This document shows positions 37,209-47,506 of a stretch of DNA of 64,000 nucleotides, in pieces (position 1 is the first letter of the stretch; the number at the start of each line of letters is the position of its first letter). Origin of the DNA: a virus (lineage: Duplodnaviria; Caudoviricetes); the IMG/VR virus record IMGVR_UViG_3300032030_000030, positions 40,697 through 104,696 of that record; one strand, written 5' to 3'. The position numbers and the translations under genes were made by a program. The notes beneath the pieces are model-generated. The model ran no database searches, was not told the DNA's origin, and saw only the letters and a program-made list of their open reading frames with translations.

Positions 37209-37900
37209 TGGACATACATGAGTTTAGCGACCAGTTCGACGTAATGTTGAACACCTTCGGAGAAGGAACATATATAGCGTTGGACGAATACGAGAAGTCA
37301 GTATTCCTCACCCAGGCGCAGCAGAAAGTAGTGGAAACTCTTTATAATGGCAACGCTGGCTATTCGTTTGAAGAGAGTGAAGGATTAAGAAGATGTCTAA
37401 GTTCTCTTGTTAAGACGATTGAAATACTTGATACAGTTCCACAGCCATTGATAAAGCCGATTAGTAAGAACTCTTACTTCTTTATGTTGCCAGACGACCT
37501 CTGGTTCATAACATACGAGAAGGTTACTATAAAGGCGGACAATGAATGTATGAATGGAAAGGAGCTTGATGTTATGCCTGTTACACAGGACGAGTATTTG
37601 AAAACAGCAAGGAACCCATTTAGAGGAGCGAACAACAGAAGAGCCTTACGGCTTGACGTAGAAAAAAATATTGTTGAGATAGTTTCAAAGTATAGGGTTG
37701 ACAAATACCTTGTGAGATATATAAGGAAACTTCATCCTATAATACTTACGAATCTACCAGATGGACTTACAATACAAGGCGAAAGTATAATAACGGAGTG
37801 CGAACTGCATCCTTCCTTACATGACGTAATACTCAATGAAGCGGTAAGGATAGCATTGAAAACAAAAAGCCTTGGTGCTAATGCAACGCAACCTTCGTAA
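37208..37900 (+). CDS. tail ring protein (paralog of the previous gene)
   Basis: Same motifs; TAATG coupling. Confidence 0.8.
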   Translation: MDIHEFSDQFDVMLNTFGEGTYIALDEYEKSVFLTQAQQKVVETLYNGNAGYSFEESEGLRRCLSSLVKTIEILDTVPQPLIKPISKNSYFFMLPDDLWFITYEKVTIKADNECMNGKELDVMPVTQDEYLKTARNPFRGANNRRALRLDVEKNIVEIVSKYRVDKYLVRYIRKLHPIILTNLPDGLTIQGESIITECELHPSLHDVILNEAVRIALKTKSLGANATQPS

Positions 37901-37913
37901 AATAATTTGACAA

Positions 37914-38924
37914 ATGGCACAGTTTAGTACAAATCAAGTAAGGCACGTTTACGTTGCCAAAGCATTGAAGTCGAACGCCGCAGGTGTTACAAGCCTCGGA
38001 GACCTTGCTGTTATTCAGGCAAAGGATTCTACTGGTAAGAATACCAAAGGCTTTTACCTTTTGACTAAGGGTTACGGTGGTTTGACTCGTTCGGACATTG
38101 TAGAGGAGGGTAAGATTGAGTATATCACTTCCACCGCAGCTGCAAAGATGGCTCATAAAAAGAAAGAATACACACTTTCACTTAAGAGCGACACAGCACT
38201 TTGGTCGTCTAATGCAGTTACTGCAAAGTTTGCTAATCAGGATATTCTCGTGAGAATGTATTTCAAGCAGTATATCAGCATCGGCGAGGAAGATACCTAT
38301 CAGAAGTACGGAGTAGTTCACACCTATACTGGCATGACCAAGGCTCAGTTCATTCAGACCCTTTATGAATCCCTTGAGGCAAATATGTCGAGAGAGTCTG
38401 ACAAGATGGTTGAGTTTGAACTCACTGGCGCAACCAACGGTACTGCGTCGAACACTTCAACAATCGTAATCAAGGAAAAGGAGCCTGATTGGGTTCTTGG
38501 TGTAAGACAGCAAGCCTGGACAAACTTCGAGGTTGCTGCAAGCAAGGCTGAGATTGATGGTGCAGAAGTCAATGTGTTTACCACAGACGCAAATGGTTTC
38601 ATTCCTTCTGACTTCAACGGAGGCACAGTATCTAATAGCAAGGTGATTGCAGACCTTGAATACTTCGCTATGGGTGACAGGGCTGACCTTTACAGAAATC
38701 TTGGTTGGCCGAATGTACGTCCTTCCAAGCTGCTTGTAGATGCAGATGCTGCAAATGGTTATGACCTTGTAGATATTGTCTACTATTTCAGCGGCCCAGT
38801 AGAGGATGTTCAGAGGTCGAGGAAGCAGATGACAATTGTTGCTCCTGCTGGCAGTGGTGCTGCTATCAAGACAGCAATTGATGCGATTGTTAATCCGACA
38901 CCCACGGCAGGCGGTGGCAATTAA
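37914..38924 (+). CDS. auxiliary capsid protein
   Basis: FSTNQVR.. N-terminus, DLEYFAMGDRAD, codon bias like the MCP; synteny. Confidence 0.75.
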   Translation: MAQFSTNQVRHVYVAKALKSNAAGVTSLGDLAVIQAKDSTGKNTKGFYLLTKGYGGLTRSDIVEEGKIEYITSTAAAKMAHKKKEYTLSLKSDTALWSSNAVTAKFANQDILVRMYFKQYISIGEEDTYQKYGVVHTYTGMTKAQFIQTLYESLEANMSRESDKMVEFELTGATNGTASNTSTIVIKEKEPDWVLGVRQQAWTNFEVAASKAEIDGAEVNVFTTDANGFIPSDFNGGTVSNSKVIADLEYFAMGDRADLYRNLGWPNVRPSKLLVDADAANGYDLVDIVYYFSGPVEDVQRSRKQMTIVAPAGSGAAIKTAIDAIVNPTPTAGGGN

Positions 38925-38946
38925 TCTAATCTAAAACTGAAAATTC

Positions 38947-38970
38947 AAAAGGGTGCTTGCACCCTTTTTT
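38947..38970 (+). terminator. Rho-independent terminator
   Basis: AAAAGGGTGC/GCACCCTTTT. Confidence 0.8.
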
Positions 38971-38982
38971 CATATAAACATT

Positions 38983-40251
38983 ATGGTACATTTTAATCAA
39001 CTGAGCATAACACCTGATGGCAAGAGGATGGTCATTGATGTTATGGTCAGAGATACAAAGTATCTCAAAGATGTGTATCTTGATGAGTTGATTATAGACG
39101 CACAAGACACATATACAAACGGCGGTCCATCAAAAACTCCATACCTTATAAGGAAGTTCAGATGGGAAGATTCTGCCGATAAGCCGAAAAGATGTTGTGG
39201 GCTTTTGATGAAGAATGCACACGTTATCCTTGAAGATTACGTATATAAGTACACAGGCAATGAAATCAAGCCGAAGATGATGGTTGTGCTTGATGGAGAA
39301 TTATTGAGACCAGACGTTGATTATATAGCAACATATTCTGACAATGTAGAAGTAGGGGTAGGCACTATAACGATAACTGGTGCAGGTGATTTTAGCGGTG
39401 TAAGGACAAAGAAGTTCGACATTGTTGATGAGAAAAGGCTACAAAACAATGTTACTCCTGCAACACCGAATCCAGAAGAAGCTGACTGTGGTTGTGATGA
39501 ATTTGTAGCTCCAGAAAACTTCAATCACGAAGATGTCAAAATAAAACACGCAAGGCTCATTATAGATTGGCAAGATATGCTTGTACCAATGTATAATTCA
39601 TTGTTCTTTGTATATGTAAAGACGAAAGGAAACCCAGCACCAGATGCACCTTGCGGCGGTGATAGTATGTACACTCTTGGTGTAACCGCAAACCTTTACC
39701 CTATCAAAAACTCTTTTATCTGTGCATTGAGAGAGATTGACAGGGATTGCAATGTTCCAAAGACATTCATAGATATGTATTTGAGATATGAAGCATTTAA
39801 CGTAAATGTTAAGACTGGACATTATCAGGAAGCGATTTACATATGGAACAAATGGTTCGCAAAGATAGGCAAGCCTCGTCCACCACATACTGGAATGAAG
39901 CCTGATATATATCCAAATCACGCATATACGTACAATGGAATACCTTGGATTCATGGCAAGCCAAGACCTATGGTAAGGGATTATCAAGGACATACCGTTA
40001 CTCCGCCTAATCCGCACGTAATGCCATATGGATATTACGGATGGGCTGTTCCGTGGATATGGCATTATCACAAGCATATGCTTCCATACTATGGATTCAA
40101 GGATGATGTAGGTTATAAGTTTAACGAAAGATACGGCGAACACGAATTTGTTGACAGACCGACAGCAGAATTGTTCGGCGGCCCATTTAATGAGCCAGTC
40201 GGGTTCTATTCGTATTTGCCACCAATAGGAGGATGTAACTGTGGGCATTAA
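38983..40251 (+). CDS. tail hub protein A-like, with an inserted Ig-like domain
   Basis: Synteny; MVHFNQLSITPDG start and GCNCG end. Confidence 0.7.
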   Translation: MVHFNQLSITPDGKRMVIDVMVRDTKYLKDVYLDELIIDAQDTYTNGGPSKTPYLIRKFRWEDSADKPKRCCGLLMKNAHVILEDYVYKYTGNEIKPKMMVVLDGELLRPDVDYIATYSDNVEVGVGTITITGAGDFSGVRTKKFDIVDEKRLQNNVTPATPNPEEADCGCDEFVAPENFNHEDVKIKHARLIIDWQDMLVPMYNSLFFVYVKTKGNPAPDAPCGGDSMYTLGVTANLYPIKNSFICALREIDRDCNVPKTFIDMYLRYEAFNVNVKTGHYQEAIYIWNKWFAKIGKPRPPHTGMKPDIYPNHAYTYNGIPWIHGKPRPMVRDYQGHTVTPPNPHVMPYGYYGWAVPWIWHYHKHMLPYYGFKDDVGYKFNERYGEHEFVDRPTAELFGGPFNEPVGFYSYLPPIGGCNCGH

Positions 40252-40531
40252 TGAAGTTGATGTAATAACTCAGGAATCACTTAGGAGATATTTCAACATA
40301 CTAAGGAAGAAGGGCTATTACAATTACGCTGGTGTCAACAAGATAATCTTGCTTACTGCAATAAGGCATTTCCTTAACAGTGATATGGTTGTCTTGATGG
40401 ACGAGTGTGATAAGAAAGTCATAGACAAAGTGTTAAACAACTTGTATTGTTCTATCTGCCCGATACCTACACCACAGTATCTTGCAGAGACGGACATAAG
40501 CGTTCTTGGTAATACTGATAGTTATATTTAG
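40241..40531 (+). CDS. tail hub protein B-like
   Basis: 96 aa; synteny. Confidence 0.65.
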   Translation: MGINEVDVITQESLRRYFNILRKKGYYNYAGVNKIILLTAIRHFLNSDMVVLMDECDKKVIDKVLNNLYCSICPIPTPQYLAETDISVLGNTDSYI

Positions 40532-40608
40532 TATGTAAAACAATTAGAATCCTTGCGCGATATAAAACCTATGAATATATTTGCGCAAGGATTTTAAACA
40601 TTAATACG

Positions 40609-41268
40609 ATGAGTACATATAGTGAAGTAGCATCTATGGTTCTCGATGAGTTGAAAGTTAGTAGCGATGACAGTTACTTCAACGAAGACCATGTGATGTT
40701 TCTCATAGACAAATATAGGAGTTTCCTTATACAGCAGAAATATAGGAACGAACCAGTGATACCGTCTGTGGTTTATCAGACGATATGTATTCCATTGGTT
40801 GAGATTACAGGCACGGACTGCGATGGCGTACATTATCTTAAAAGCAAGAAGCCTTTGCCTATGATGTATGGGTTTGGAACAATACAGGTAACACCATACG
40901 ATTACTTCCAGTCTGCGCATATCGTAATCATATCAAAAGAAAGGATGCGGTTTGTCGGAGAAAACAAGTACAGCAAGAATATAATATATTGCACATTGGA
41001 TTCTCAGAATTACCTTGTGTTCAAGTCTATGAACCCACAGGCGTATTACCTTGACTTCGTAAGGCTTACTGCAATATTTGACAATCCAAGAATTGCATCC
41101 GAGTTTAAATGTGACGAGATTTGCGACAGCGACAATATGCAGATTCCTATTGAAGACGCAATGATACCTCAGCTGATAGAGTTCATTGTAAAAGAACTTT
41201 CAGGAGCTGTCTACAAGAAGGAAGATGTCAATAATAACGCACAAGATGACTTAAAGACAGAAGCATAA
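40609..41268 (+). CDS. tail ring protein
   Basis: Synteny; ELKVSSDDS.F start. Confidence 0.7.
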   Translation: MSTYSEVASMVLDELKVSSDDSYFNEDHVMFLIDKYRSFLIQQKYRNEPVIPSVVYQTICIPLVEITGTDCDGVHYLKSKKPLPMMYGFGTIQVTPYDYFQSAHIVIISKERMRFVGENKYSKNIIYCTLDSQNYLVFKSMNPQAYYLDFVRLTAIFDNPRIASEFKCDEICDSDNMQIPIEDAMIPQLIEFIVKELSGAVYKKEDVNNNAQDDLKTEA

Positions 41269-41765
41269 TGAAGGGAGCAGTACACAAAATAACAAACTCT
41301 TATGGGCCAGGAGACGCTTACAAGGTTGAACGGGCTAACAGATATAAGACAATTGGTCAGAAAGTTGATGTTGCAACATACTTCAAGGTCATACGAGAAG
41401 TAGACAAGATATTCAGAAGGGAGTTGCTTAAAGGAGAAATTGTTACGTTGCCTTTAAGGATGGGCAATCTTAGACTGTGTATAATGAAGAAGGTTGTAAT
41501 AAAGGACAGCCCGAATCATTGGCTTACAAACAAGTCTATTGATTGGAAGAGGACTACTGAATTATGGGAGAAGGAGCCTGACTTGAAACCAAAAGGTATT
41601 GTGGTTTATTCGGAAGGCTCTCCAATACCGAAAGTCAAATTTAGTACCAAGCGGTCGAACTATTCTAACCATACCTTTTATCAGTTCAGGATAAACAGGG
41701 ATATTCTTGCAGAGGCTCATGTGCTTGTAGAGAGTGGTACGAGCGGACTTATATATAGGAAATAA
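41268..41765 (+). CDS. IHF/HU-like basic protein
   Basis: GEIVTLPLRMGNL, IDWKRT.ELW. Confidence 0.65.
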   Translation: MKGAVHKITNSYGPGDAYKVERANRYKTIGQKVDVATYFKVIREVDKIFRRELLKGEIVTLPLRMGNLRLCIMKKVVIKDSPNHWLTNKSIDWKRTTELWEKEPDLKPKGIVVYSEGSPIPKVKFSTKRSNYSNHTFYQFRINRDILAEAHVLVESGTSGLIYRK

Positions 41766-41766
41766 A

Positions 41767-42462
41767 ATGATTAAGGAAATTAAATACATAAAGATAAATG
41801 AGATACTGAGCAGAGTTACGAGGCATCCCATGCTAAAAGACACCACGCTTGAAGAGGTAATTCAGTATGTCATTGACTTTATGGGCATCTTAGGATTGCC
41901 AAAGTTTTTCGAGGATAGGGAAGCAAGGGTCAAAATAAACGAATACAGAGGAGTTCTCCCTTGTGATTATGTTTCAATCAACCAAGTGAAAGACTGGTCT
42001 ACACGGACTTGTTTGAGGCATATGAGCGATACATTCATGCCAAGCGATGAGAACTATCCGAAAGAACTTAAGTTTGAAGGTGCGTTTAAAACGCAAGGCA
42101 ATGTGATATTTACAAGTTTCAAGAAAGGAGATTTGCTTGTGTCTTACAAAGCGATTCCTGTTGATGAGAACGGCTATCCTCTATTGATAGATGACAGTAA
42201 TTTCCTTGATGCTCTTGAATTGTTTATAAAGCAAAAGAAATTTACGATGTTGTTTGACATGGGAAAGGTGAATGCTACCGTAATGAAGAATACGCAGCAA
42301 GAATATGATTGGGCTGTCGGCAGACTTCAATCCAAGTTTACCATTCCAAGCACATCGGAGATGGAGACCATAACAAGAATGTGGGGTACATTGTTTAACA
42401 ACAGAACAAGATTCGACAATGGCTTCAAGGACTTTAACAGAGAATATATTAGACAGCACTGA
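41767..42462 (+). CDS. tail ring/tubular protein
   Basis: Precedes the muzzle gene; YKAIPVDENGYPL. Confidence 0.75.
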   Translation: MIKEIKYIKINEILSRVTRHPMLKDTTLEEVIQYVIDFMGILGLPKFFEDREARVKINEYRGVLPCDYVSINQVKDWSTRTCLRHMSDTFMPSDENYPKELKFEGAFKTQGNVIFTSFKKGDLLVSYKAIPVDENGYPLLIDDSNFLDALELFIKQKKFTMLFDMGKVNATVMKNTQQEYDWAVGRLQSKFTIPSTSEMETITRMWGTLFNNRTRFDNGFKDFNREYIRQH

Positions 42463-42464
42463 TT

Positions 42465-45400
42465 ATGTTAGCGAAACCACAAATAAAAGTTGCGAACTAT
42501 GTCATTAAAGGTATGCAAATGGACTTGGCTGCAAGTAGGTTCAGTCCTGAGTTTGCATACCGCAATATGAATATGCGCATCACACCGATAAAAGACAGCG
42601 TTATGTCGTCGCTCACAAATGAACGTGGCAATGAGTATAGTGCTATCAGAGGCATCGGTGATGTCGAATACGAGAAAGCACTCAGGAGATGGTACAACAA
42701 AATATCTCCATATGACATATATAAGGACTATTATTACGAAGATGAGGTTGTTGTAGAAGATGAAGGGAATACTACTACTGGCATATATTATGGCGATGAT
42801 GAAGAAGGAGAGAAACCTGACGGCGAAGTAGAAGGAGACATAATCGGCATACCTATCGGGCAGGGATTGATTGACAATGAACTCACAATATTCACAACAG
42901 AAGCAGATGAGGAGATTGACTTCCCAGTCAACGAAGGTCCATATCCAGACTTCCCTATAAGCAAAAAGTATTGGCTGAATGAACTTGTCGGGCTAAAAAA
43001 CAATACAGACCGTATATACAAAATATGGTTTAACGACAAGAAACTCAATGGCAAGTTGCTTTACAAGGGACACCTTGATTTTAATGCTACAAGTCCTATA
43101 GAAACATTGGTATTCTATGAAAACAGTGACATAAGAAAAGTATATTGGACTGATGGTATTAATCAGCCAAGGTTCATAAATATAGCCGCTAAGGACGAAG
43201 AATTGGCAAGGTGGAACAATAAGTCGTTCGACTTCGTAAGGTCGCTCAGATTGGAAGAAAACGTGCAAATAGAGCATTTGATGGATGGCGGAGCGTTCCC
43301 TGCTGCTGCTGTTCAATATGTATGTACGTATTTCAACTTGTTTGGTGCCGAGTCAAATATCTTTTATACATCTCCTATATATTACACTACGCATAAAGAC
43401 AGAGGTGCGTCGGCAGAGGAAACTACGTCAAATTCATTCAGGATAACCATCAAAAACCTTGATGTAAATTTTGACTATATAAGAATATACTCCATTGTAA
43501 GGACAAGCGTAGACAGCGTTCCTACGGTGAAACTTGTCAGCGAGATTAGTATGCCGCTCGAAAAGATAAATGATACGTATCAGATAACGTATGTTGATAC
43601 CAATATAGGAGGAAGCAATGTAGACCCGACAGAATTGTTTTACGTTGGAGGCGAGATAATAACTGCGTATACTATGGGGCAGAAGGACAATACATTGTTC
43701 TTCGGCAATATAAGTCAGAAGAGATTGAGCGTACCAGAAGACATCAAGGAAAAGGTGAGGGTATTTGCCATGAATGCCACACCAGAATCGAATAGATATA
43801 AATCGGGATTTACCGATGCGTATTATTCAAGACTCAGATTCTATACTAAGCCAATAAGACAGTTCACCTTTAATGGTTATACGTTCGATATTCAAGGCGA
43901 AGATTCAGATGAATGGTTTATCATTAGTACGTCAAGACACGAATTTGACAAGATGCGTCAGAACATAAACAACGATTCTTATTTTCAAGCTGATGAAACA
44001 TATAGGCTTGGATTACAATTCCAGCATTATACTGGCAAATGGTCTGATGTTATATGGATAGGTGATTATTTGAATAACATAAGTCCCAAGAAGGTTGAAG
44101 TATGGGGCCCTCAAGGAATAGATTATTATGGCGACAAGTGGTATGGGGCAGAAGCAAGGTTATCGTTTAAAAATACAAACAATGGTGACGGCTCTAAAGC
44201 ATTCCTCAATTCGCTCATAGCCCTTGGGTATAGAAAGGTAAGACCTGTTGTTGTTTATCCTACGATAAATGAAAGGACAAATATAGCAGAAGGTGTATTG
44301 AATCCTACTATGTTTAACTATTCTGACAGGGCAAGCGGCAGATGTCATTCTATGGCATCTTATTTCTTCAGACCATTTATATTTGGCAGAAGAGACACGA
44401 ATGCTTATGACATAAGAAAATACACACCTTTGACAATAGTTAACAACGAGTTTGATACATATATTTCTCAGTTGGCGACAAATCACGAGATACAAATCTC
44501 GTCGAACGCTGACACATTCGGCATATATGATGTTTCTGCCGATGAAGGAATTGGTAAATGTATGTATGCAATCGACAGGAATATAATCACGTTCAACTCT
44601 CCTGATGTTGAGCTCGACAATGAACTCAGCAATATCAATTACGATGACTTAGAGTTGAAAGTGATTGGCAATGTCAACATAGATAAGACTTGTTGTGATT
44701 CTGAAGTTATAACATCAAACACCGCTGGAGCATATTGGAAACCAATCAAGGTGGGTGATACTATCGTAAGAGACACAAAGTTCCCTCCTGGTTTCTGGCA
44801 TGAAAAGAAATGGTTTCGTGAAGGCAGGTGTAACCTCATGTCTTATTGTTACATAGACAACATAGAGGACTTGGTTAACAATCACGACAATAAAGGTAGC
44901 GATGATGAGGCTTGGATATATCTTAAAAACAAATACTTTGCATATCCAATCTTTGTTTGGCAACAGACTGGTTCTTTGAACAACAGTACAAATAGAAGCG
45001 ATGTCGAAATGTATTCTGTCCTCAAGCATAAGAAAATGTCGTATTATGAGCTTGGGTACACGACATTGTATGACAATGTTTCGGAACTATATCATCCGAA
45101 GGATATAGCATTGTGGAACTCTAATGAGAATACGATTATAAAGATTGATGACAAGATATACAAAGGTAACGAAGACAAGCTCATAATAGGTGGAGACGAA
45201 TACTCAAGAACAGTCTCGGTTGTATCTGCAAGTTATTCACAGGAAGAAATAGACTGGTGGGAAGATGCTATGTCTGCACAGAATAAAGCAGTAGATGCCT
45301 ATAGGAGGGCATTGGGCCAAATGATTCCATTTCCTGATAACCTAATTGTTTTAAACGATAAGAAACTTTATAAGTTAAAGGAAAAACTGTATGGTCCTGA

Positions 45401-47495
45401 CGCTGAGAGTTATTTGATAGATGGAGCTTCTCTTGCAGAAGCGCAGACTTATTTTGAAGGATTACTTTACAGTATAGATACTCATCACTATATTAAAGAC
45501 AAGTATGAGTCAATAAAGAATGGTGAAAGACCGCCTCTTGTTCCGTATTTTACCGTTGATTCAAACAGATATACAACTAAAGAAGGTTTAATCTCAAGTC
45601 TTCTTGCTCCACAGGAAACAATGACTATTAAACAAATCAACGATGAGTTTAAAATGACGAACAGCGACAATGACGATTTGACCAATTCTATCTATAAGAC
45701 AAATCCGATTAGTTTGAAATTCAAGTCTACTCCACATCTTGTGATTAAACTGGAAAACGTAGAGAACTCAGGCTGGCAGAAAGCATTAGGGTATTCCAGT
45801 TCCGAAGAAACGGCGGGTGTTGCATTTGTAAATAGTGATAAGTTCCTACAGAATTACTCATACAAAACAATTCCTATTCGCAATGGTTCACTCAAGACTG
45901 GTAAGGCATATTTGCAACTTGCAAAATTAGTACGCCCAAAAGGTTCAATCAAGAATTTGTTTGGAGGTACAAATGCGTATGCACTTTCTCAAAACAAGTT
46001 TATTCCTTGTGGAGAGGCGGTTGACATATTCCAATTCAGGGTTGATTCCGACGGCAAGATTGAACGTGATAACAATGGTGAAGCATTGCTTGAGGTAAAG
46101 CCTAATATTGAAATAGTTTGGAGGGATGGCGATGTAAGGATGATGAATTACGAGTGTTTGAAGACATATCCATTCACACTTGAAGATGAGAACAGCATTA
46201 CTGAAAGACTTGTCTTTGATGTGGAAACAAGAGTTAATCTTGCTGGCAGATATGACAACAATCGTTATCTTGAAACAAACTTCGTTGCATTGCCAACTAA
46301 TATGAACTTGTTGAATAGCATATACCAACAGAAAAACAATTTTTTCCAGTACAGTGTAGAAGACACAAACAAGTTCAGTGTTACGGATTTCCCTAATACT
46401 CTTACTTGGACGAAGACGAAGATTGCAGGAGACACCATAGACAAGTGGACAAATATTACAATGGCTAACACTATGGATATTGATGGCGATAAAGGCAAAA
46501 TAACAAAGTTGTTAAACTACAACGACAAACTCTTGTCATTTCAAGATAAGGGACTGTCTCAAATACTCTACAACGAACAGATGCAGATGAGTACAACAGA
46601 TGGTGTTCCTATTGAAATAGCAAACAATGGTAAGGTGTCTGGCAGAAGGTACATATCCGAAAAGATTGGTACGAGCAACAAGTGGTCTATATGTGCAACG
46701 CCAAACAATCTTTATTTTGTTGATGACCACACAAAGAACATTTGGTGTTTTGGACAGAATGGACTTGTGAGTATATCTGATTCTCTCGGCTTCCATACTT
46801 GGATAAACAGAGAGTCAAAGACGCTCAATCCTTGGAATCCTTCAAGGTTTGACAATATTGTTACATATTACGACCCGAAGAACAAGGATGTATTGTTCTT
46901 TACAAAGCATGAATGCCTTGCATATTCTGAGTATATCGGCCAGTTTACTTCGTTCTATTCATATGAACATTCTCCGTATTTCAGTCCTCTTGAAGACAGG
47001 GCTTTGTTCTTGAACAGTTACGATGCAGACAGCAAAGAGTACACAAAAACATATAAGGCTTGGCTACAACACGAAGGAGAATACAATATATACTTTAACG
47101 AGTACAGACCATTCTATACTACTATTGTTGCCAATCCAGACGAAAGGCTTGACAAGGTATTCAATAACTTTGAATTTAGGGCAGATACTTGGAGGAAAAC
47201 ATCCGAAGAGGAAAAAGAGGAAGGATTGCCGCCTTGGGTATTGCTTGAAGATACATTTGATACATTTACTATTGTCAATGAGTATCAGAAGAAGAGGGAG
47301 CATATGTTATATCATCAAGGTATGCCTTCAAACCTCAAAAAGAAGTTTAGAGTTTGGAGATATAACATACCAAGAGACGATAGGCATTTCCTCGACAGAA
47401 TAAGAAACACTTGGGCGTATATGACGCTCGAAATGGACCAATATAATACTAACAAAACAATACTGCACGATATGGCAGTTTATTATTACGGTTAA
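42465..47495 (+). CDS. tail muzzle/stabilisation protein
   Basis: 1676 aa; KVYWTDGINQPR, KKKFRVWR, DRIRN.W. Confidence 0.85.
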   Translation: MLAKPQIKVANYVIKGMQMDLAASRFSPEFAYRNMNMRITPIKDSVMSSLTNERGNEYSAIRGIGDVEYEKALRRWYNKISPYDIYKDYYYEDEVVVEDEGNTTTGIYYGDDEEGEKPDGEVEGDIIGIPIGQGLIDNELTIFTTEADEEIDFPVNEGPYPDFPISKKYWLNELVGLKNNTDRIYKIWFNDKKLNGKLLYKGHLDFNATSPIETLVFYENSDIRKVYWTDGINQPRFINIAAKDEELARWNNKSFDFVRSLRLEENVQIEHLMDGGAFPAAAVQYVCTYFNLFGAESNIFYTSPIYYTTHKDRGASAEETTSNSFRITIKNLDVNFDYIRIYSIVRTSVDSVPTVKLVSEISMPLEKINDTYQITYVDTNIGGSNVDPTELFYVGGEIITAYTMGQKDNTLFFGNISQKRLSVPEDIKEKVRVFAMNATPESNRYKSGFTDAYYSRLRFYTKPIRQFTFNGYTFDIQGEDSDEWFIISTSRHEFDKMRQNINNDSYFQADETYRLGLQFQHYTGKWSDVIWIGDYLNNISPKKVEVWGPQGIDYYGDKWYGAEARLSFKNTNNGDGSKAFLNSLIALGYRKVRPVVVYPTINERTNIAEGVLNPTMFNYSDRASGRCHSMASYFFRPFIFGRRDTNAYDIRKYTPLTIVNNEFDTYISQLATNHEIQISSNADTFGIYDVSADEGIGKCMYAIDRNIITFNSPDVELDNELSNINYDDLELKVIGNVNIDKTCCDSEVITSNTAGAYWKPIKVGDTIVRDTKFPPGFWHEKKWFREGRCNLMSYCYIDNIEDLVNNHDNKGSDDEAWIYLKNKYFAYPIFVWQQTGSLNNSTNRSDVEMYSVLKHKKMSYYELGYTTLYDNVSELYHPKDIALWNSNENTIIKIDDKIYKGNEDKLIIGGDEYSRTVSVVSASYSQEEIDWWEDAMSAQNKAVDAYRRALGQMIPFPDNLIVLNDKKLYKLKEKLYGPDAESYLIDGASLAEAQTYFEGLLYSIDTHHYIKDKYESIKNGERPPLVPYFTVDSNRYTTKEGLISSLLAPQETMTIKQINDEFKMTNSDNDDLTNSIYKTNPISLKFKSTPHLVIKLENVENSGWQKALGYSSSEETAGVAFVNSDKFLQNYSYKTIPIRNGSLKTGKAYLQLAKLVRPKGSIKNLFGGTNAYALSQNKFIPCGEAVDIFQFRVDSDGKIERDNNGEALLEVKPNIEIVWRDGDVRMMNYECLKTYPFTLEDENSITERLVFDVETRVNLAGRYDNNRYLETNFVALPTNMNLLNSIYQQKNNFFQYSVEDTNKFSVTDFPNTLTWTKTKIAGDTIDKWTNITMANTMDIDGDKGKITKLLNYNDKLLSFQDKGLSQILYNEQMQMSTTDGVPIEIANNGKVSGRRYISEKIGTSNKWSICATPNNLYFVDDHTKNIWCFGQNGLVSISDSLGFHTWINRESKTLNPWNPSRFDNIVTYYDPKNKDVLFFTKHECLAYSEYIGQFTSFYSYEHSPYFSPLEDRALFLNSYDADSKEYTKTYKAWLQHEGEYNIYFNEYRPFYTTIVANPDERLDKVFNNFEFRADTWRKTSEEEKEEGLPPWVLLEDTFDTFTIVNEYQKKREHMLYHQGMPSNLKKKFRVWRYNIPRDDRHFLDRIRNTWAYMTLEMDQYNTNKTILHDMAVYYYG

Positions 47496-47506
47496 AACTT
47501 AAAGAT

